A stretch of DNA of 64,000 nt from SAR202 cluster bacterium (GCA_016872415.1 VGZX01000002.1:19447-83446), one strand, 5' to 3'; shown: positions 29,827 to 39,521, numbered from the stretch's first letter. Program-made: numbers and translations. Notes: generated by a model from the sequence alone, not told the origin.

Positions 29827-31161
29827 CTAGATCTCCTTGGTGAGCGTCGTGAGGAACTCTTGGTTGTTCTTGGTGCGGCCGAGGCGGTCGATGACGCGCT
29901 CGGTGGCCTCGTAGGCGTTGATGGTGTCCGAGGCGATCATCGAGCTCATGCGGCGCAGCAGCCAGACCTGACGCAGCGTGAGGTCGTCGAGCAGCAGCTC
30001 CTCGCGGCGCGTGCCGCTGCGCTGGATGTCGATGGCGGGGAAGGTGCGCCGCTCGGCCAGCTTGCGGTCCAGGTGCAGTTCCATGTTGCCGGTGCCCTTG
30101 AACTCCTCGTAGATCACGTCATCCATGCGACTGCCGGTGTCGACCAGACATGCGGCGAGGATGGTGAGGCTGCCGGCCTCCTCCGTGTTCCGCGCGGCGC
30201 CGAAGAAGCGCTTGGGGGGATAGAGGGCGACCGGGTCGATGCCGCCGGAGAGGGTGCGGCCACTGGTGGGCACCGCGAGGTTGTAGGCGCGGGTGAGGCG
30301 GGTGATGCTGTCGAGCAGGATGACGACGTCGCGGCCGCTCTCGACGAGGCGCTTGGCGCGCTCGAGGCACAGCTCGGCGACGCGGCAGTGGTCCTCGACG
30401 GGCTCGTCGAACGTGGAGCTGTAGACCTCGCCCAGCACGGAACGCTTGATGTCGGTGACTTCCTCGGGGCGCTCGCCGATCAGCGCGACCATCATGTGGA
30501 TGTCGCCATAGTTGTGGGAGATGCCGGCGGCGATCTGCTTGAGGAGGGTCGTCTTGCCGGCCTTGGGTGGGGCGACGATGAGCCCACGCTGGCCGCGGCC
30601 GATGGGGGCCAGCAGGTCGATCATGCGCGTGGCGAGGTTGTCGCGGGCGGTTTCGAGCTTGATTTGCTTGTTCGGGAAGATGGGCGTGAGGTTCTCGAAG
30701 TTCACGCGCCGGCGCGCGGTGTCGGGGTCGACGCCGTTCACCGCCTCGACGCGGGTGAGGCCGAAGTAGCGCTCGTTGTCTTTCGGGGGACGCACTTGGC
30801 CGAGGACGAGGTCGCCGGTCCGCAATGCGAAGCGCCGCACCTGCGACTGCGAGACGTAAACGTCGCCTTGCGAGGGGCGTCGGCCGTTGTGCCGCAGGAA
30901 GCCATAGCCGTCGGGCATGAGCTCCAACACGCCGCTGGCGAGCAGGAACCCCTCGCGTTCGGCGTAGGAGTTGAGCAAGACGTACAGCAGCTCGTCGCGG
31001 CGCGGGTTGTCGCGCAGGACGGGGCTGACGATGCCGAGCTCCGCGATTCTCCGCGCGATCTCTTCGTCCGGCCATCCCTGAATTTCGGCGATGTTCACGG
31101 AGCGGGTGCTGACTGCGGATTGCTGGCCTTCGCCAGTGTGCTCAAGTTCCACGGTGTCCAC
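29827..31161 (-). CDS. rho: Transcription termination factor Rho
   Basis: 444 aa. It has an N-terminal insertion and RNA-binding domain ([14 protein letters not shown]), the Walker A PPKAGKT and the Rho Q/R loops. Confidence 0.95.
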   Translation of the reverse strand: MDTVELEHTGEGQQSAVSTRSVNIAEIQGWPDEEIARRIAELGIVSPVLRDNPRRDELLYVLLNSYAEREGFLLASGVLELMPDGYGFLRHNGRRPSQGDVYVSQSQVRRFALRTGDLVLGQVRPPKDNERYFGLTRVEAVNGVDPDTARRRVNFENLTPIFPNKQIKLETARDNLATRMIDLLAPIGRGQRGLIVAPPKAGKTTLLKQIAAGISHNYGDIHMMVALIGERPEEVTDIKRSVLGEVYSSTFDEPVEDHCRVAELCLERAKRLVESGRDVVILLDSITRLTRAYNLAVPTSGRTLSGGIDPVALYPPKRFFGAARNTEEAGSLTILAACLVDTGSRMDDVIYEEFKGTGNMELHLDRKLAERRTFPAIDIQRSGTRREELLLDDLTLRQVWLLRRMSSMIASDTINAYEATERVIDRLGRTKNNQEFLTTLTKEI

Positions 31162-31479
31162 TTTCAGTGAGTTTGAGTTGTTCGGCGGGGAGGGCCGCCG
31201 GCATGCCGCGAGGGTGCGCGAAAATTAGATAAATAAGAGCGGTGATGATGGGGAACGCGGGGTTTCGTTCGACCCAGGTCTGCGCCTATGCGGTTCACCA
31301 GTTCGCCTAGAAATGCCTGCGGGTGCAGTGCGGACGCTGCGGGGATCTATCGGCGTGGGCGGTGAAACAATCACTGCCATCAACGCGGCGTGGGGGGCAC
31401 GCCACTCAGCAGTTCATCTGTGATAGTAATTGAACTGGATCGCAGGTTGCAAGCGTTCGGCATGCGCTGGCTCGGCCGC

Positions 31480-33141
31480 TCAAGCGGGCTGCCTGGCGGG
31501 CGCCGCGTCCAGCGGCAGCTGCGTGCCTTCGCGCAGCACGCGGGTGGTGGCGCCGATGAACTCGCGGAACAGCGGGTGCGGCGTCTGCGGTCGCGAGCGG
31601 AACTCCGGATGGAACTGCACGCCGACCATGAACGGGTGCTCGACCTGCTCGACGACCTCGACCAGCGCGCCGTCGGGCGAAAGGCCGCTCGCCAACAGCC
31701 CCACGCTCTGCAACGGCTCGCGATAGCGGTTGTTGAACTCGAAGCGGTGGCGATGACGCTCGACGATCTCTTCCTGCCCATAGGCGCGCGCCACGATCGA
31801 GCCCGCGCGCAATACGCAGGGGTAGTTGCCCAAGCGCATCGTCCCGCCCATGTGCTTCACGCTGCGCTGGTCCTCCATGAGGTCGATCACAGGCGCGCGC
31901 GTGGCGGGGTTGAACTCCGTGGAGTTCGCGTCCCCGTGGCCCAGCAGGTGGCGAGCGTGCTCGATCACCATCACCTGCATGCCGAGGCACAGCCCGAGGT
32001 AGGGAATGCCGTTCGTGCGCGCGTACTCGACGCTCTGGATCATGCCTTCGATGCCGCGCGAACCGAAGCCGCCGGGCACGACGATGCCGGCCACGTTCGA
32101 CAGCAGCGCGTGAGGCCCTACCCGCTCGATATCCTCCGATTGCACCCACGAGATCTGCACGTCGCGTTGGTGGTGCAGCCCGGCGTGCCGCAACGCCTCG
32201 CGCACCGATATGTAGGCGTCAGGCAGGTCGGCGTACTTGCCGACGACCGCGACGGGCAACGGCTCTTTCGGCGCGACCATCTGGTCCACCATGTCGCGCC
32301 ACTCCGACAGGTCGCCATCGCGCGCCTGGAGGCGGAGTTCGCGCACGAGCAGGTCGCCGACGCCCTCCCGTTCCAGAATCAGCGGCACCTGGTAGATGTT
32401 CGGCACAGTGGTGAGCGAAACGACGGCATCCCTCGGCACGTCGCAGAAGAGCGACACCTTTTCCTTTACGTCGGCGGGGATGTCATGGTCGGCCCGGCAG
32501 ATGATGGCATCCGGTTGGATGCCCATGGCGCGCAGCTCCTTCACGCTGTGCTGCGTCGGCTTGGTCTTCAGCTCGCCCGTCGAGCCGATATGGGGCAAGA
32601 GCGTCACGTGGACGTAAAAGGTGTTGTCGCGTCCGGCCTCGCGGCGCATCTGCCTGATGGCCTCGAGGAACGGCTGGCCCTCGATGTCGCCGACGGTGCC
32701 GCCAACTTCGATCAGCATGACCTCCGCGCCGGACTCGCGGCCGAGGCGGAGCATGTATTCCTTGATGGCGTTGGTGACGTGCGGCACGATCTGAATCGTC
32801 CCGCCCAAGTAATCGCCTTGGCGCTCGCGGGCGATGACGTTGCTGTAGATTTGGCCGGCCGTGACGTTGGAGATGCGCGTGAGCTCGATGTCGATGAAGC
32901 GTTCGTAGTGGCCGAGGTCGAGGTCCGTTTCGCAGCCGTCCTTCGTGACGAACACCTCTCCGTGCTGGTACGGCGACATGGTGCCGGGGTCGACGTTCAA
33001 ATAGGGGTCCAGCTTCTGCACGGAGACGCTGATGCCGCGGTTCTTTAGTATGCGGCCGATGGATGCGGCGCTGATGCCCTTGCCGATGGAGCTGACCACG
33101 CCGCCGGTGACGAAAATGTATTTAGGTGTCATGCACAACAC
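31480..33141 (-). CDS. pyrG: CTP synthase
   Basis: 553 aa: KYIFVTGGVVSSIGKGI at the N-terminus and the glutamine amidotransferase GLCLGMQ active site. Confidence 0.97.
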   Translation of the reverse strand: MLCMTPKYIFVTGGVVSSIGKGISAASIGRILKNRGISVSVQKLDPYLNVDPGTMSPYQHGEVFVTKDGCETDLDLGHYERFIDIELTRISNVTAGQIYSNVIARERQGDYLGGTIQIVPHVTNAIKEYMLRLGRESGAEVMLIEVGGTVGDIEGQPFLEAIRQMRREAGRDNTFYVHVTLLPHIGSTGELKTKPTQHSVKELRAMGIQPDAIICRADHDIPADVKEKVSLFCDVPRDAVVSLTTVPNIYQVPLILEREGVGDLLVRELRLQARDGDLSEWRDMVDQMVAPKEPLPVAVVGKYADLPDAYISVREALRHAGLHHQRDVQISWVQSEDIERVGPHALLSNVAGIVVPGGFGSRGIEGMIQSVEYARTNGIPYLGLCLGMQVMVIEHARHLLGHGDANSTEFNPATRAPVIDLMEDQRSVKHMGGTMRLGNYPCVLRAGSIVARAYGQEEIVERHRHRFEFNNRYREPLQSVGLLASGLSPDGALVEVVEQVEHPFMVGVQFHPEFRSRPQTPHPLFREFIGATTRVLREGTQLPLDAAPARQPA

Positions 33142-33294
33142 ATTGACTCATCCACCTGGGATGATTCCTTGGACTTCGGAAAGGATTACCGCGATGATCG
33201 TTGGGGAGGGCTTGCCACCGAGGGCCCGGACCGGCCGGTGCCCCCGTGAACGGGTCGATGGTGTCACGGCCGTCTCTCGACAAGCGCACGCCCG

Positions 33295-33324
33295 ATTCTA
33301 GGAACGCCATGAAACCGGTGTCAA
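33295..33324 (-). promoter_or_regulatory. Sigma-70-like promoter of pyrG
   Basis: On the minus strand: TTGACA (33324-33319), an 18-nt spacer, then TAGAAT (33300-33295). This predicts a leader of about 145 nt. Confidence 0.55.
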
Positions 33325-33356
33325 GGCGAAAATCGCCGCATGGGCGCTGCCACGGC

Positions 33357-34271
33357 CTATTCCGTGGTCCCTGACGAGGAATCGTCTTTCCGTGACCGGC
33401 GAAGGAACTCTTCCAAGTCCCGCACGGCTTCCTGCGGGTCCGGCATCTCGATCCCGTCGTCGTCGGCTGTCCCGCCGGAGCCAAGGGCGCGGTCCCACTG
33501 CGCCTCCAGCCGGCGGACATAATTGGCGACATCGGCCTCGTTCAGCAGCGCCTGGGCGACGCGGCGCTCGAACGACGCTCCCTGGCTACGCAGCGCGCCG
33601 GCGTCGATGCGCACGCGCACGATCTGCTCCATCGCCTCGACGAGCCGCAGGCTCACCTTCGGGTTCGGCGCGACTTGCAAGTAGTGCGGCGCGTGGCCCC
33701 AGATGCTGACCGATGGGACGTCGGCGCGCCGGAGCGCGTCCATCAACACGCCGGAGATGCCGGTTGGGCCGACGTAGCGGGAGCGCCGCATTTCGACGCC
33801 TTTGAGCAGGGCTTGCAGCTCCGGGCTGGTGGCGGTGCCGGTGATGCGCGTCTCCCGGGTGTGCGGCACGGCGTCGAGAAGCGCGCCGACGTGCACCACG
33901 CGGCTCGTGCCCAAATCCTTGATCAGATGAACCAGCGACTCCGAGAAGGTGCGCCACTTGAGGCTTGGCTCGATGCCGGTGAACACGACGATATCCTCCG
34001 CGTCACCCTCGCTTTTCCAGAAGAAGAACTGATTCGCCGGCCAGGTGATCTTCCGGTTTCCATCCGCGTCGTAGCCTGTCTGTGGGCGCACCTGGGTGAA
34101 ATCGTAGAACTCTTCGGGGTCGACCTCGGCGAATTTGGTCGCGCCGAACTGCTGCACGACGTACTTCAGCGCATGCGTGGCCGACTCGGCGGCATCCGTC
34201 CAGCCGGCGAACGCGAACATGAAAACCGGGTTGCGCACGTCAGGGCGTTCGAAGTGCTTCAGAAATTCCAT
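33357..34271 (-). CDS. PAC2 (proteasome assembly chaperone 2-like) family protein
   Basis: RNPVFMFAFAGWTDAAESATHALKYV ... VVFTGIEPSLKW ... GPTGISGVL is the pattern of bacterial PAC2-family proteins. Confidence 0.7.
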   Translation of the reverse strand: MEFLKHFERPDVRNPVFMFAFAGWTDAAESATHALKYVVQQFGATKFAEVDPEEFYDFTQVRPQTGYDADGNRKITWPANQFFFWKSEGDAEDIVVFTGIEPSLKWRTFSESLVHLIKDLGTSRVVHVGALLDAVPHTRETRITGTATSPELQALLKGVEMRRSRYVGPTGISGVLMDALRRADVPSVSIWGHAPHYLQVAPNPKVSLRLVEAMEQIVRVRIDAGALRSQGASFERRVAQALLNEADVANYVRRLEAQWDRALGSGGTADDDGIEMPDPQEAVRDLEEFLRRSRKDDSSSGTTE

Positions 34272-34348
34272 CCAGTGTCCCTTCCTCCGCCATGGCTGCC
34301 ATCATCAGTCTACCACCGGAGCCAAGCCAAGACGCCCTGCGCCGGCGA

Positions 34349-35188
34349 TTAATCGCCATCGAGGAGCAGGTTGTCGATGAGCCGCGTCGCGCCCATGCGG
34401 ACGGCTACCGCCAGCATCGGACGCCCGGCCCCTTCCCAGGGCGCCATCGTGTCGGCGTCGACCAGCGCGACGTAGTCGATCCTGGTGATCTCGCGCACGC
34501 CGGCCAAGGCCTGCCCGCAGGCGGCTTCGAGCGCGGCGCGATCACGCTCGCCGGCCACGTACCGCCGGCGCGCGGCCAGCAACCCACGGTGGACGGCCGG
34601 GGCCGCCGCACGCTGATCGGGCGATAGATACACATTGCGGCTGCTCATCGCGAGTCCATCGGGCTCGCGGACGGTAGGCCCCACGACGATGTCCACGGGA
34701 ATGTGCAGATCGCGCACCAGGCGGCGCACCACGGCCACTTGCTGGCCGTCCTTCTGGCCGAAGTAGGCGCGATCGGGCGCCGCCGCCAGCAACAGCTTCG
34801 CCACGACCGTCGCCACGCCGGCGAAATGTCCGGGCCGCATGGCGCCCTCGAGCGGCAGCGCCGGGCCGCCGACGGCGATGGTGGTCGCGAATCCAGGCGG
34901 GTACATCTCGGCGGCATCCGGGGTGAAGGCGGCGTCGGCGACGGAATCGCGGAGCATGGCAAGGTCGCGGTCGATCGGCCGGGGGTACTGGGCGAGGTCC
35001 TCGTCGGCGGCGAACTGGGTCGGGTTCACGAAGATGGACACGACCACCGTGCGGCAGTCGTCGCGGGCGGCGTCGACGAGGCTGATGTGCCCGGCGTGCA
35101 GCGCGCCCATGGTGGGCACGAGGCCGATTGGGCGCGGGGCTGCCGCGATGTAGCGCCGCAGAGCGGCCACCGTCTCGATCCGGCGCAT
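34349..35188 (-). CDS. panC: Pantoate--beta-alanine ligase
   Basis: IGLVPTMGALHAGHISLV (HIGH-like motif) and FGQKDGQQ. The ATG overlaps the panB stop (ATGA). Confidence 0.93.
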   Translation of the reverse strand: MRRIETVAALRRYIAAAPRPIGLVPTMGALHAGHISLVDAARDDCRTVVVSIFVNPTQFAADEDLAQYPRPIDRDLAMLRDSVADAAFTPDAAEMYPPGFATTIAVGGPALPLEGAMRPGHFAGVATVVAKLLLAAAPDRAYFGQKDGQQVAVVRRLVRDLHIPVDIVVGPTVREPDGLAMSSRNVYLSPDQRAAAPAVHRGLLAARRRYVAGERDRAALEAACGQALAGVREITRIDYVALVDADTMAPWEGAGRPMLAVAVRMGATRLIDNLLLDGD

Positions 35189-36039
35189 CAGTGCCTGCTC
35201 CGGTAGTGCCGTTGCAGCCTTTCGAGCACGTCCGGCTCCAATTGGTGGCCGTGATCCAGGGTCGGGAACTGGCGGGCGCGCACCTCGTCGACGTAAGCCG
35301 TGAGCGCCGCCCGTATCGTGGCGTTGAGGTCGGCGAAGAGCTTGGCGTGCTTGCGCGGCCGCGCCGTGATGAGGCCCAGCATCTCGTAGAGCACCTGCAC
35401 CTCGCCGTCGCAGTAGGGCCCGGCGCCGATACCGATGGTCGGAATGCGTAGCTCCCGCGTCACGATGCGCGCCAGCTCGACCGGGATGGTTTCGAGGACG
35501 ATGCTGAAGGCGCCGGCCTGTTCCAGCTCCTTGGCATCCTCGATCAATCGTGCGGCTTCCTCGTATGAGCGTCCCTGCACGCGGTAGCCGCCGAATTGAT
35601 TGACGGACTGTGGGGTGAGCCCCAGGTGCCCCATCACGGGAATGCCGGCCTGCGCCAGCCGGTGCACGGTTTCCGCCGTGCGGTGGCCGCCCTCCACCTT
35701 CACCGCCTGGGCGCCTCCCTCTTGCAGCAGGCGTCCGGCGTTACGCAGCGCCTCTTCCGGGCTGACCTGGAACGTCATGAACGGCATGTCGGCGACGACC
35801 ATCGCCTTGGACGATCCGCGCACCACCGCCTTCGTGTGGTGCAAGATGTCATCGAGCGTCACGTGCACGGTCGAATCGTGGCCGAGCACGACGTTTCCAA
35901 GGCTGTCCCCGACGAGTAGCAGGGGGATGCCGATTTCGTCGGCGATGCGCGCGGTCGGGTAGTCGTACGCCGTGACCGTGGGAATGCGCTCCCCTTGTTG
36001 CTTCATCTCCAGAAATTTCAGCGTCCGGACACGTACCAC
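35188..36039 (-). CDS. panB: 3-methyl-2-oxobutanoate hydroxymethyltransferase
   Basis: IPTVTAYDYPTARIADEIGIPLLLVGDSLGNVVLGHDST ... VKVEGG. I place the start at GTG 36039 (GGAGGA, with 5 nt between it and the GTG), not at the ORF-track start 36375. Confidence 0.9.
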   Translation of the reverse strand: MVRVRTLKFLEMKQQGERIPTVTAYDYPTARIADEIGIPLLLVGDSLGNVVLGHDSTVHVTLDDILHHTKAVVRGSSKAMVVADMPFMTFQVSPEEALRNAGRLLQEGGAQAVKVEGGHRTAETVHRLAQAGIPVMGHLGLTPQSVNQFGGYRVQGRSYEEAARLIEDAKELEQAGAFSIVLETIPVELARIVTRELRIPTIGIGAGPYCDGEVQVLYEMLGLITARPRKHAKLFADLNATIRAALTAYVDEVRARQFPTLDHGHQLEPDVLERLQRHYRSRH

Positions 36040-36941
36040 GTGCGTCCTCCACGGTCGATCTCGCTCGCGGATGGGTTCGAGGCCGTCAACAGGCGCGCGG
36101 CGGCGTCCCATCCGCCGTGCGTTTCCGCGTCCCCCGCGCCCCTCCGCGCCAACGCCACCGACCGCGCGCCCACGGCCCGGTAGAGCGATAGCAGGTCCGG
36201 GGAGGCATCGCCCAGGGCGCGCAGGTGCAGCTCGATGGTACCCGCGTCTCCACGCGCGGCAGGGCCGGTGAGCGCCGCTTCCGGGCCAAGCGCGCGCGCG
36301 TTGTCGACGGTCTGCCGGGCCAACAGGCACAACGCCGATGTCCCGGCCTTCGGGTCCAGCCCCGCCGCTTGCCATAGGGCCGCCGCGTCCGCGAGCAACG
36401 TCGCCACGTAGCCGCAGGAGAGCACCGCGGCGGCGTGATAGAGGGCGCGCCCTTCCGGCGGCACCTCGATCGGGCTGCCGCCGACGTCGCGCGCCATGGC
36501 GTGGAGCGCATCGCGGAGCGCACCGTCGCCCTCGACGCCGAACGTCACGCCGTTCAAGAACGTGGCGTCACGCGCGAACGTCTGCACCGGGTGGAGCGAG
36601 CCCACGTCGGCGCCCTGGGCGGCCGCCGCCGCGAGGGGAGCCAGAGTTAGGGCGCCGGAGCAATGCACGGCCGCCACGCCGGCCCGCCACCGCAGCGCGG
36701 AGGCGACCGGCCCAATCGCGTCGTCCGGCGTGGTGATGAACACGAGGTCGCTCTGGTCGACGACGTGCCGCGGCGCGGTCGCGCGGGCTTCGCGAAGTGC
36801 GCTCGCCATGCGCTCCGCCGATACCGGTGACTTGCTCGCCACGGCGACGACGCGGTAGCCGGCCGCCTCCAGCGCGGCCGCCAGTGCCCGCGCCACGCGC
36901 CCGGCGCCGATGAATCCCACGCGTGGCCGGTCCTTAGCCAT
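36018..36941 (-). CDS. Rossmann-fold/DUF2520 oxidoreductase (candidate ketopantoate reductase substitute)
   Basis: ATG 36941 within ORF 36018-37322 gives MAKDRPRVGFIGAGRVARALAAAL... (dinucleotide fold). The C-terminal ...ALTGPAARGD... is characteristic of DUF2520. It overlaps both neighbouring genes. Confidence 0.65.
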   Translation of the reverse strand: MAKDRPRVGFIGAGRVARALAAALEAAGYRVVAVASKSPVSAERMASALREARATAPRHVVDQSDLVFITTPDDAIGPVASALRWRAGVAAVHCSGALTLAPLAAAAAQGADVGSLHPVQTFARDATFLNGVTFGVEGDGALRDALHAMARDVGGSPIEVPPEGRALYHAAAVLSCGYVATLLADAAALWQAAGLDPKAGTSALCLLARQTVDNARALGPEAALTGPAARGDAGTIELHLRALGDASPDLLSLYRAVGARSVALARRGAGDAETHGGWDAAARLLTASNPSASEIDRGGRTWYVSGR

Positions 36942-37932
36942 CGTGGTCCACCTCGCCCATCGAGGGAATGCCGTGGAGCCCGGTGGCGTGACGCACCGCG
37001 TGCACGATGGCCCGCGCGGTGGCGGTGGGCGCCAGCGCGCATAGGCGCGGAAACTCGTCCGGCGCGTCCACCTTCCCGGTCGCCAGGGCGAACACGGTGT
37101 CGCCGTCGTGTACGGTGTGGCATGGGCGGATCGCCAACGCGAGGCCGTCGTGGGCGACCATCGCGAGGCGGTTCGCCTGCGCCTTGCTGAGACGAACGTT
37201 CGTCGCGACCACCGCGAGCGTCGTATTGCCGAGCGCGGCGGGGGGCTCCGCGACGGGCGCGACGCCATGGCGGCCATAGACGGGCGAAGCGTAGACTTCC
37301 ACGCTGTCTCGTGGCCTTCCATCCTGTCCGCGCGGGCCCGCGAGCAGTCGACCCGAGGCGGGCTCCACCACGCCGCCTATCGCATTGACGACGGCCAGCG
37401 CGGCGATGACGACGCCTTCGCCGAGGTCGATGCTGGCAGAGCCGACGCCGCCCTTCATGGCGCGGCTCCGGCCGAGCGCCTTGCCCACGGTGGCGCCGGT
37501 GCCCGCGCCCACGGTGCCTTGCGGGGTGGCGGCGGCGCTCGCGGCGCTCGCGGCGGCATAGCCTTCCGCCTCGCCGGGCCTGACGGTGCTGCTGCCGATG
37601 CCAAGGTCGAAGACGATGGCGCCGGGCACGATGGGAACGACGAACGGGCCAACGCGATGCCCGACGCCCCGCTCCTCCAAGTATCGCATGACCCCGGTTG
37701 CCGCGGCCAAGCCGAAGGCGCTGCCGCCGGACAGGAGCAGGCCGTGGACGCCCAGCACCATGTTCTCCGCGCGGAGCAGATCGGTTTCACGCGTGCCAGG
37801 AGCGGCACCGCGCACGTCGACCCCGCCGGTGGCGCTATCGCGGCAAAGCACGACAGTGCAGCCGGTGGCGCTCGCCAGGTCCGTGTAGTGTCCGACCTCC
37901 AGGCCACTCACATCCGTAAGCGTTCCGTTCAT
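36934..37932 (-). CDS. Peptidase family S58 (DmpA/BapA-like aminopeptidase)
   Basis: VSGLEVGHYTDLASATGCTVVLC ... GAAPGTRETDLL ... LLSGGSAFGL ... NTTLAVVATN is the DmpA/P1 aminopeptidase pattern. Confidence 0.8.
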   Translation of the reverse strand: MNGTLTDVSGLEVGHYTDLASATGCTVVLCRDSATGGVDVRGAAPGTRETDLLRAENMVLGVHGLLLSGGSAFGLAAATGVMRYLEERGVGHRVGPFVVPIVPGAIVFDLGIGSSTVRPGEAEGYAAASAASAAATPQGTVGAGTGATVGKALGRSRAMKGGVGSASIDLGEGVVIAALAVVNAIGGVVEPASGRLLAGPRGQDGRPRDSVEVYASPVYGRHGVAPVAEPPAALGNTTLAVVATNVRLSKAQANRLAMVAHDGLALAIRPCHTVHDGDTVFALATGKVDAPDEFPRLCALAPTATARAIVHAVRHATGLHGIPSMGEVDHDG

Positions 37933-38202
37933 CGTCCTCCCACGCCGTTAAGCGAAAAATCCCGGGCACCCCCGGGACACGCGACGCGAAGAGCCTTGCG
38001 AGCTATCGCCTCTTCGAGCGCCGTCTCGGTCCTCTTGGGTTCCCAGCGGCTTCGTGCTATGCGGTTGTACGGCCCGTGGCTCATCTCCTAGCGGTAGACG
38101 GCAGGCTAAGGATACGGCCCGGCGGCGGGGCGGTCAACCGCGCGCAAACGGCGAGGCCCCGGTTTCCCGAGGCCTCGTTCGACGTCTTACGGAGCGTGCG
38201 CC

Positions 38203-39354
38203 CTATATCTGGCCGGAGCGTTGGAAGATCTTGCCCTCGGTCGCGATGGTCGGCGCGACGACGAGCTCGGCCTTCTGGTGGAATTCCTCGATCGTCGTAG
38301 CGCCCACCATGCTCATGCTGACCTTCAGCGCGCCGACCAGGTTGTGCGTGCCGTCGGTACGGTGGCTGGGGCCGAACAGCAATTGTTCGAGGGACGTGTT
38401 CACGCCGACGTTGATGCGCGTGCCGCGTGGCAGGGCGGGGTGCGGGCTCGCCATGCCCCAGTTGAAGCCACGGCCGGGCGCTTCCTTGGTCTGCGCGAAG
38501 GGCGTGCCGATCATCACGCCGTCGGCGCCGGCCGCGATGGCCTTGCACAGGTCGCCACCCGTGCGAATGCCGCCGTCCGTGATGATGACCACCCGCTTGC
38601 CGGTGCGCGCGTAGAATTCGTCGCGTGCCGCCGCGGAGTCCATCGTCGCGGTCACCTGCGGAACGCCGACACCCGTCACGTCGCGCGTCGTGCACGCGGC
38701 GCCGGGGCCGACGCCGATCAGGAGTCCATCGATGCCCTGTTCCATGAGCTCCAATGCCGCGCTTGTCGTCACGCTGTTGCCGACGAGAACGGGAATGCGG
38801 ATCTGCGCCTTCAGCTCGGACAGGTTGAGGCCGCGGAAGGAGTTGGAGATGTGCCTGGCGGTGGTGACGGTCGACTGCACGACGAGGATGTCGGCGCCGG
38901 CCTCGACCGCGATGGGCGCCAGCTTCTTCGTCACCGCGGGGGTCATCGAGACCGCCGCCACGGCGCCGGTCGCCTTGATCTCGCGCACGCGCCGCGCAAC
39001 GAGGCTTTCCTTGATCGGCTCGGTGTAGAGCCGCTGAAAGACTTCCGTTACTTTTTCCTTGGGCGCGGAGGTGATCTGGTCGAACACCGGGGTGGTGTCC
39101 TCGTAACGCGTCCAAATCCCCTCGAGGTTCATCACGGACAGGCCGCCGGCCTTGCCCATGAGGCCAGCGAACGAGGGGCTGGCGACAGCGTCCATGGCCG
39201 ACGCGACGATCGGGATGGAGAAGCGGAAGGGGCCGATCTGCAGGTCGGTGGTGGAGAGCTCCGGGTTGGTCGTGACGTCGCCCGGGACGATCGCGACCTC
39301 TTCGAATCCGTAGGTCCTGCGGAGTTCACGAACCTGGACTCGCGGAAGCACCAT
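38203..39354 (-). CDS. guaB3: GuaB3-type IMP dehydrogenase-related protein (no CBS domains)
   Basis: RRTYGFEEVAIVPGDVT ... PIVASAMDAV ... a TIM-barrel IMPDH-like sequence lacking the CBS insertion. ATG 39354 has GGGGGAAGGAG 8 nt upstream. Confidence 0.85.
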   Translation of the reverse strand: MVLPRVQVRELRRTYGFEEVAIVPGDVTTNPELSTTDLQIGPFRFSIPIVASAMDAVASPSFAGLMGKAGGLSVMNLEGIWTRYEDTTPVFDQITSAPKEKVTEVFQRLYTEPIKESLVARRVREIKATGAVAAVSMTPAVTKKLAPIAVEAGADILVVQSTVTTARHISNSFRGLNLSELKAQIRIPVLVGNSVTTSAALELMEQGIDGLLIGVGPGAACTTRDVTGVGVPQVTATMDSAAARDEFYARTGKRVVIITDGGIRTGGDLCKAIAAGADGVMIGTPFAQTKEAPGRGFNWGMASPHPALPRGTRINVGVNTSLEQLLFGPSHRTDGTHNLVGALKVSMSMVGATTIEEFHQKAELVVAPTIATEGKIFQRSGQI

Positions 39355-39410
39355 TTCGTCAGCTCCTTCCCCCTTATTAATCCGGCAAGGCACCGAGGGG
39401 TATTTGGCTG

Positions 39411-39440
39411 ACAGTAGCACCATGTATGAGAGCGTGTCAA
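39411..39440 (-). promoter_or_regulatory. Candidate promoter of guaB3
   Basis: On the minus strand: TTGACA (39440-39435), an 18-nt spacer, then TACTGT (39416-39411). Confidence 0.45.
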
Positions 39441-39444
39441 CGCT

Positions 39445-39462
39445 TTGCGTAATATTTCACAA
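39445..39462. promoter_or_regulatory. Rex-box-like 18-mer just upstream of the guaB3 -35
   Basis: TTGCGTAatatTTCACAA against TTGTGAA-N4-TTCACAA. The right half is perfect and the left half matches at 5 of 7 positions. Confidence 0.35.
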
Positions 39463-39483
39463 GTGACGATTGCCCCTGCGCGC

Positions 39484-39521
39484 CCTCGTAAGACGACCCC
39501 GGTTGACCTCGTCTTACGAGG
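39484..39521. other. Perfect 12-bp inverted repeat (hairpin) in the guaB3/hrcA intergenic region
   Basis: CCTCGTAAGACG (39484-39495) and CGTCTTACGAGG (39510-39521) are separated by 14 nt. Function unknown. Confidence 0.4.

Noticed and set aside
33142-33294. The pyrG leader as a Bacillus-type CTP-sensitive reiterative-transcription attenuator.
   Set aside because: The GGGC run lies only 2-5 nt after the -10 box, too close to be the initiating sequence. I see no terminator with a U-tract in the leader.
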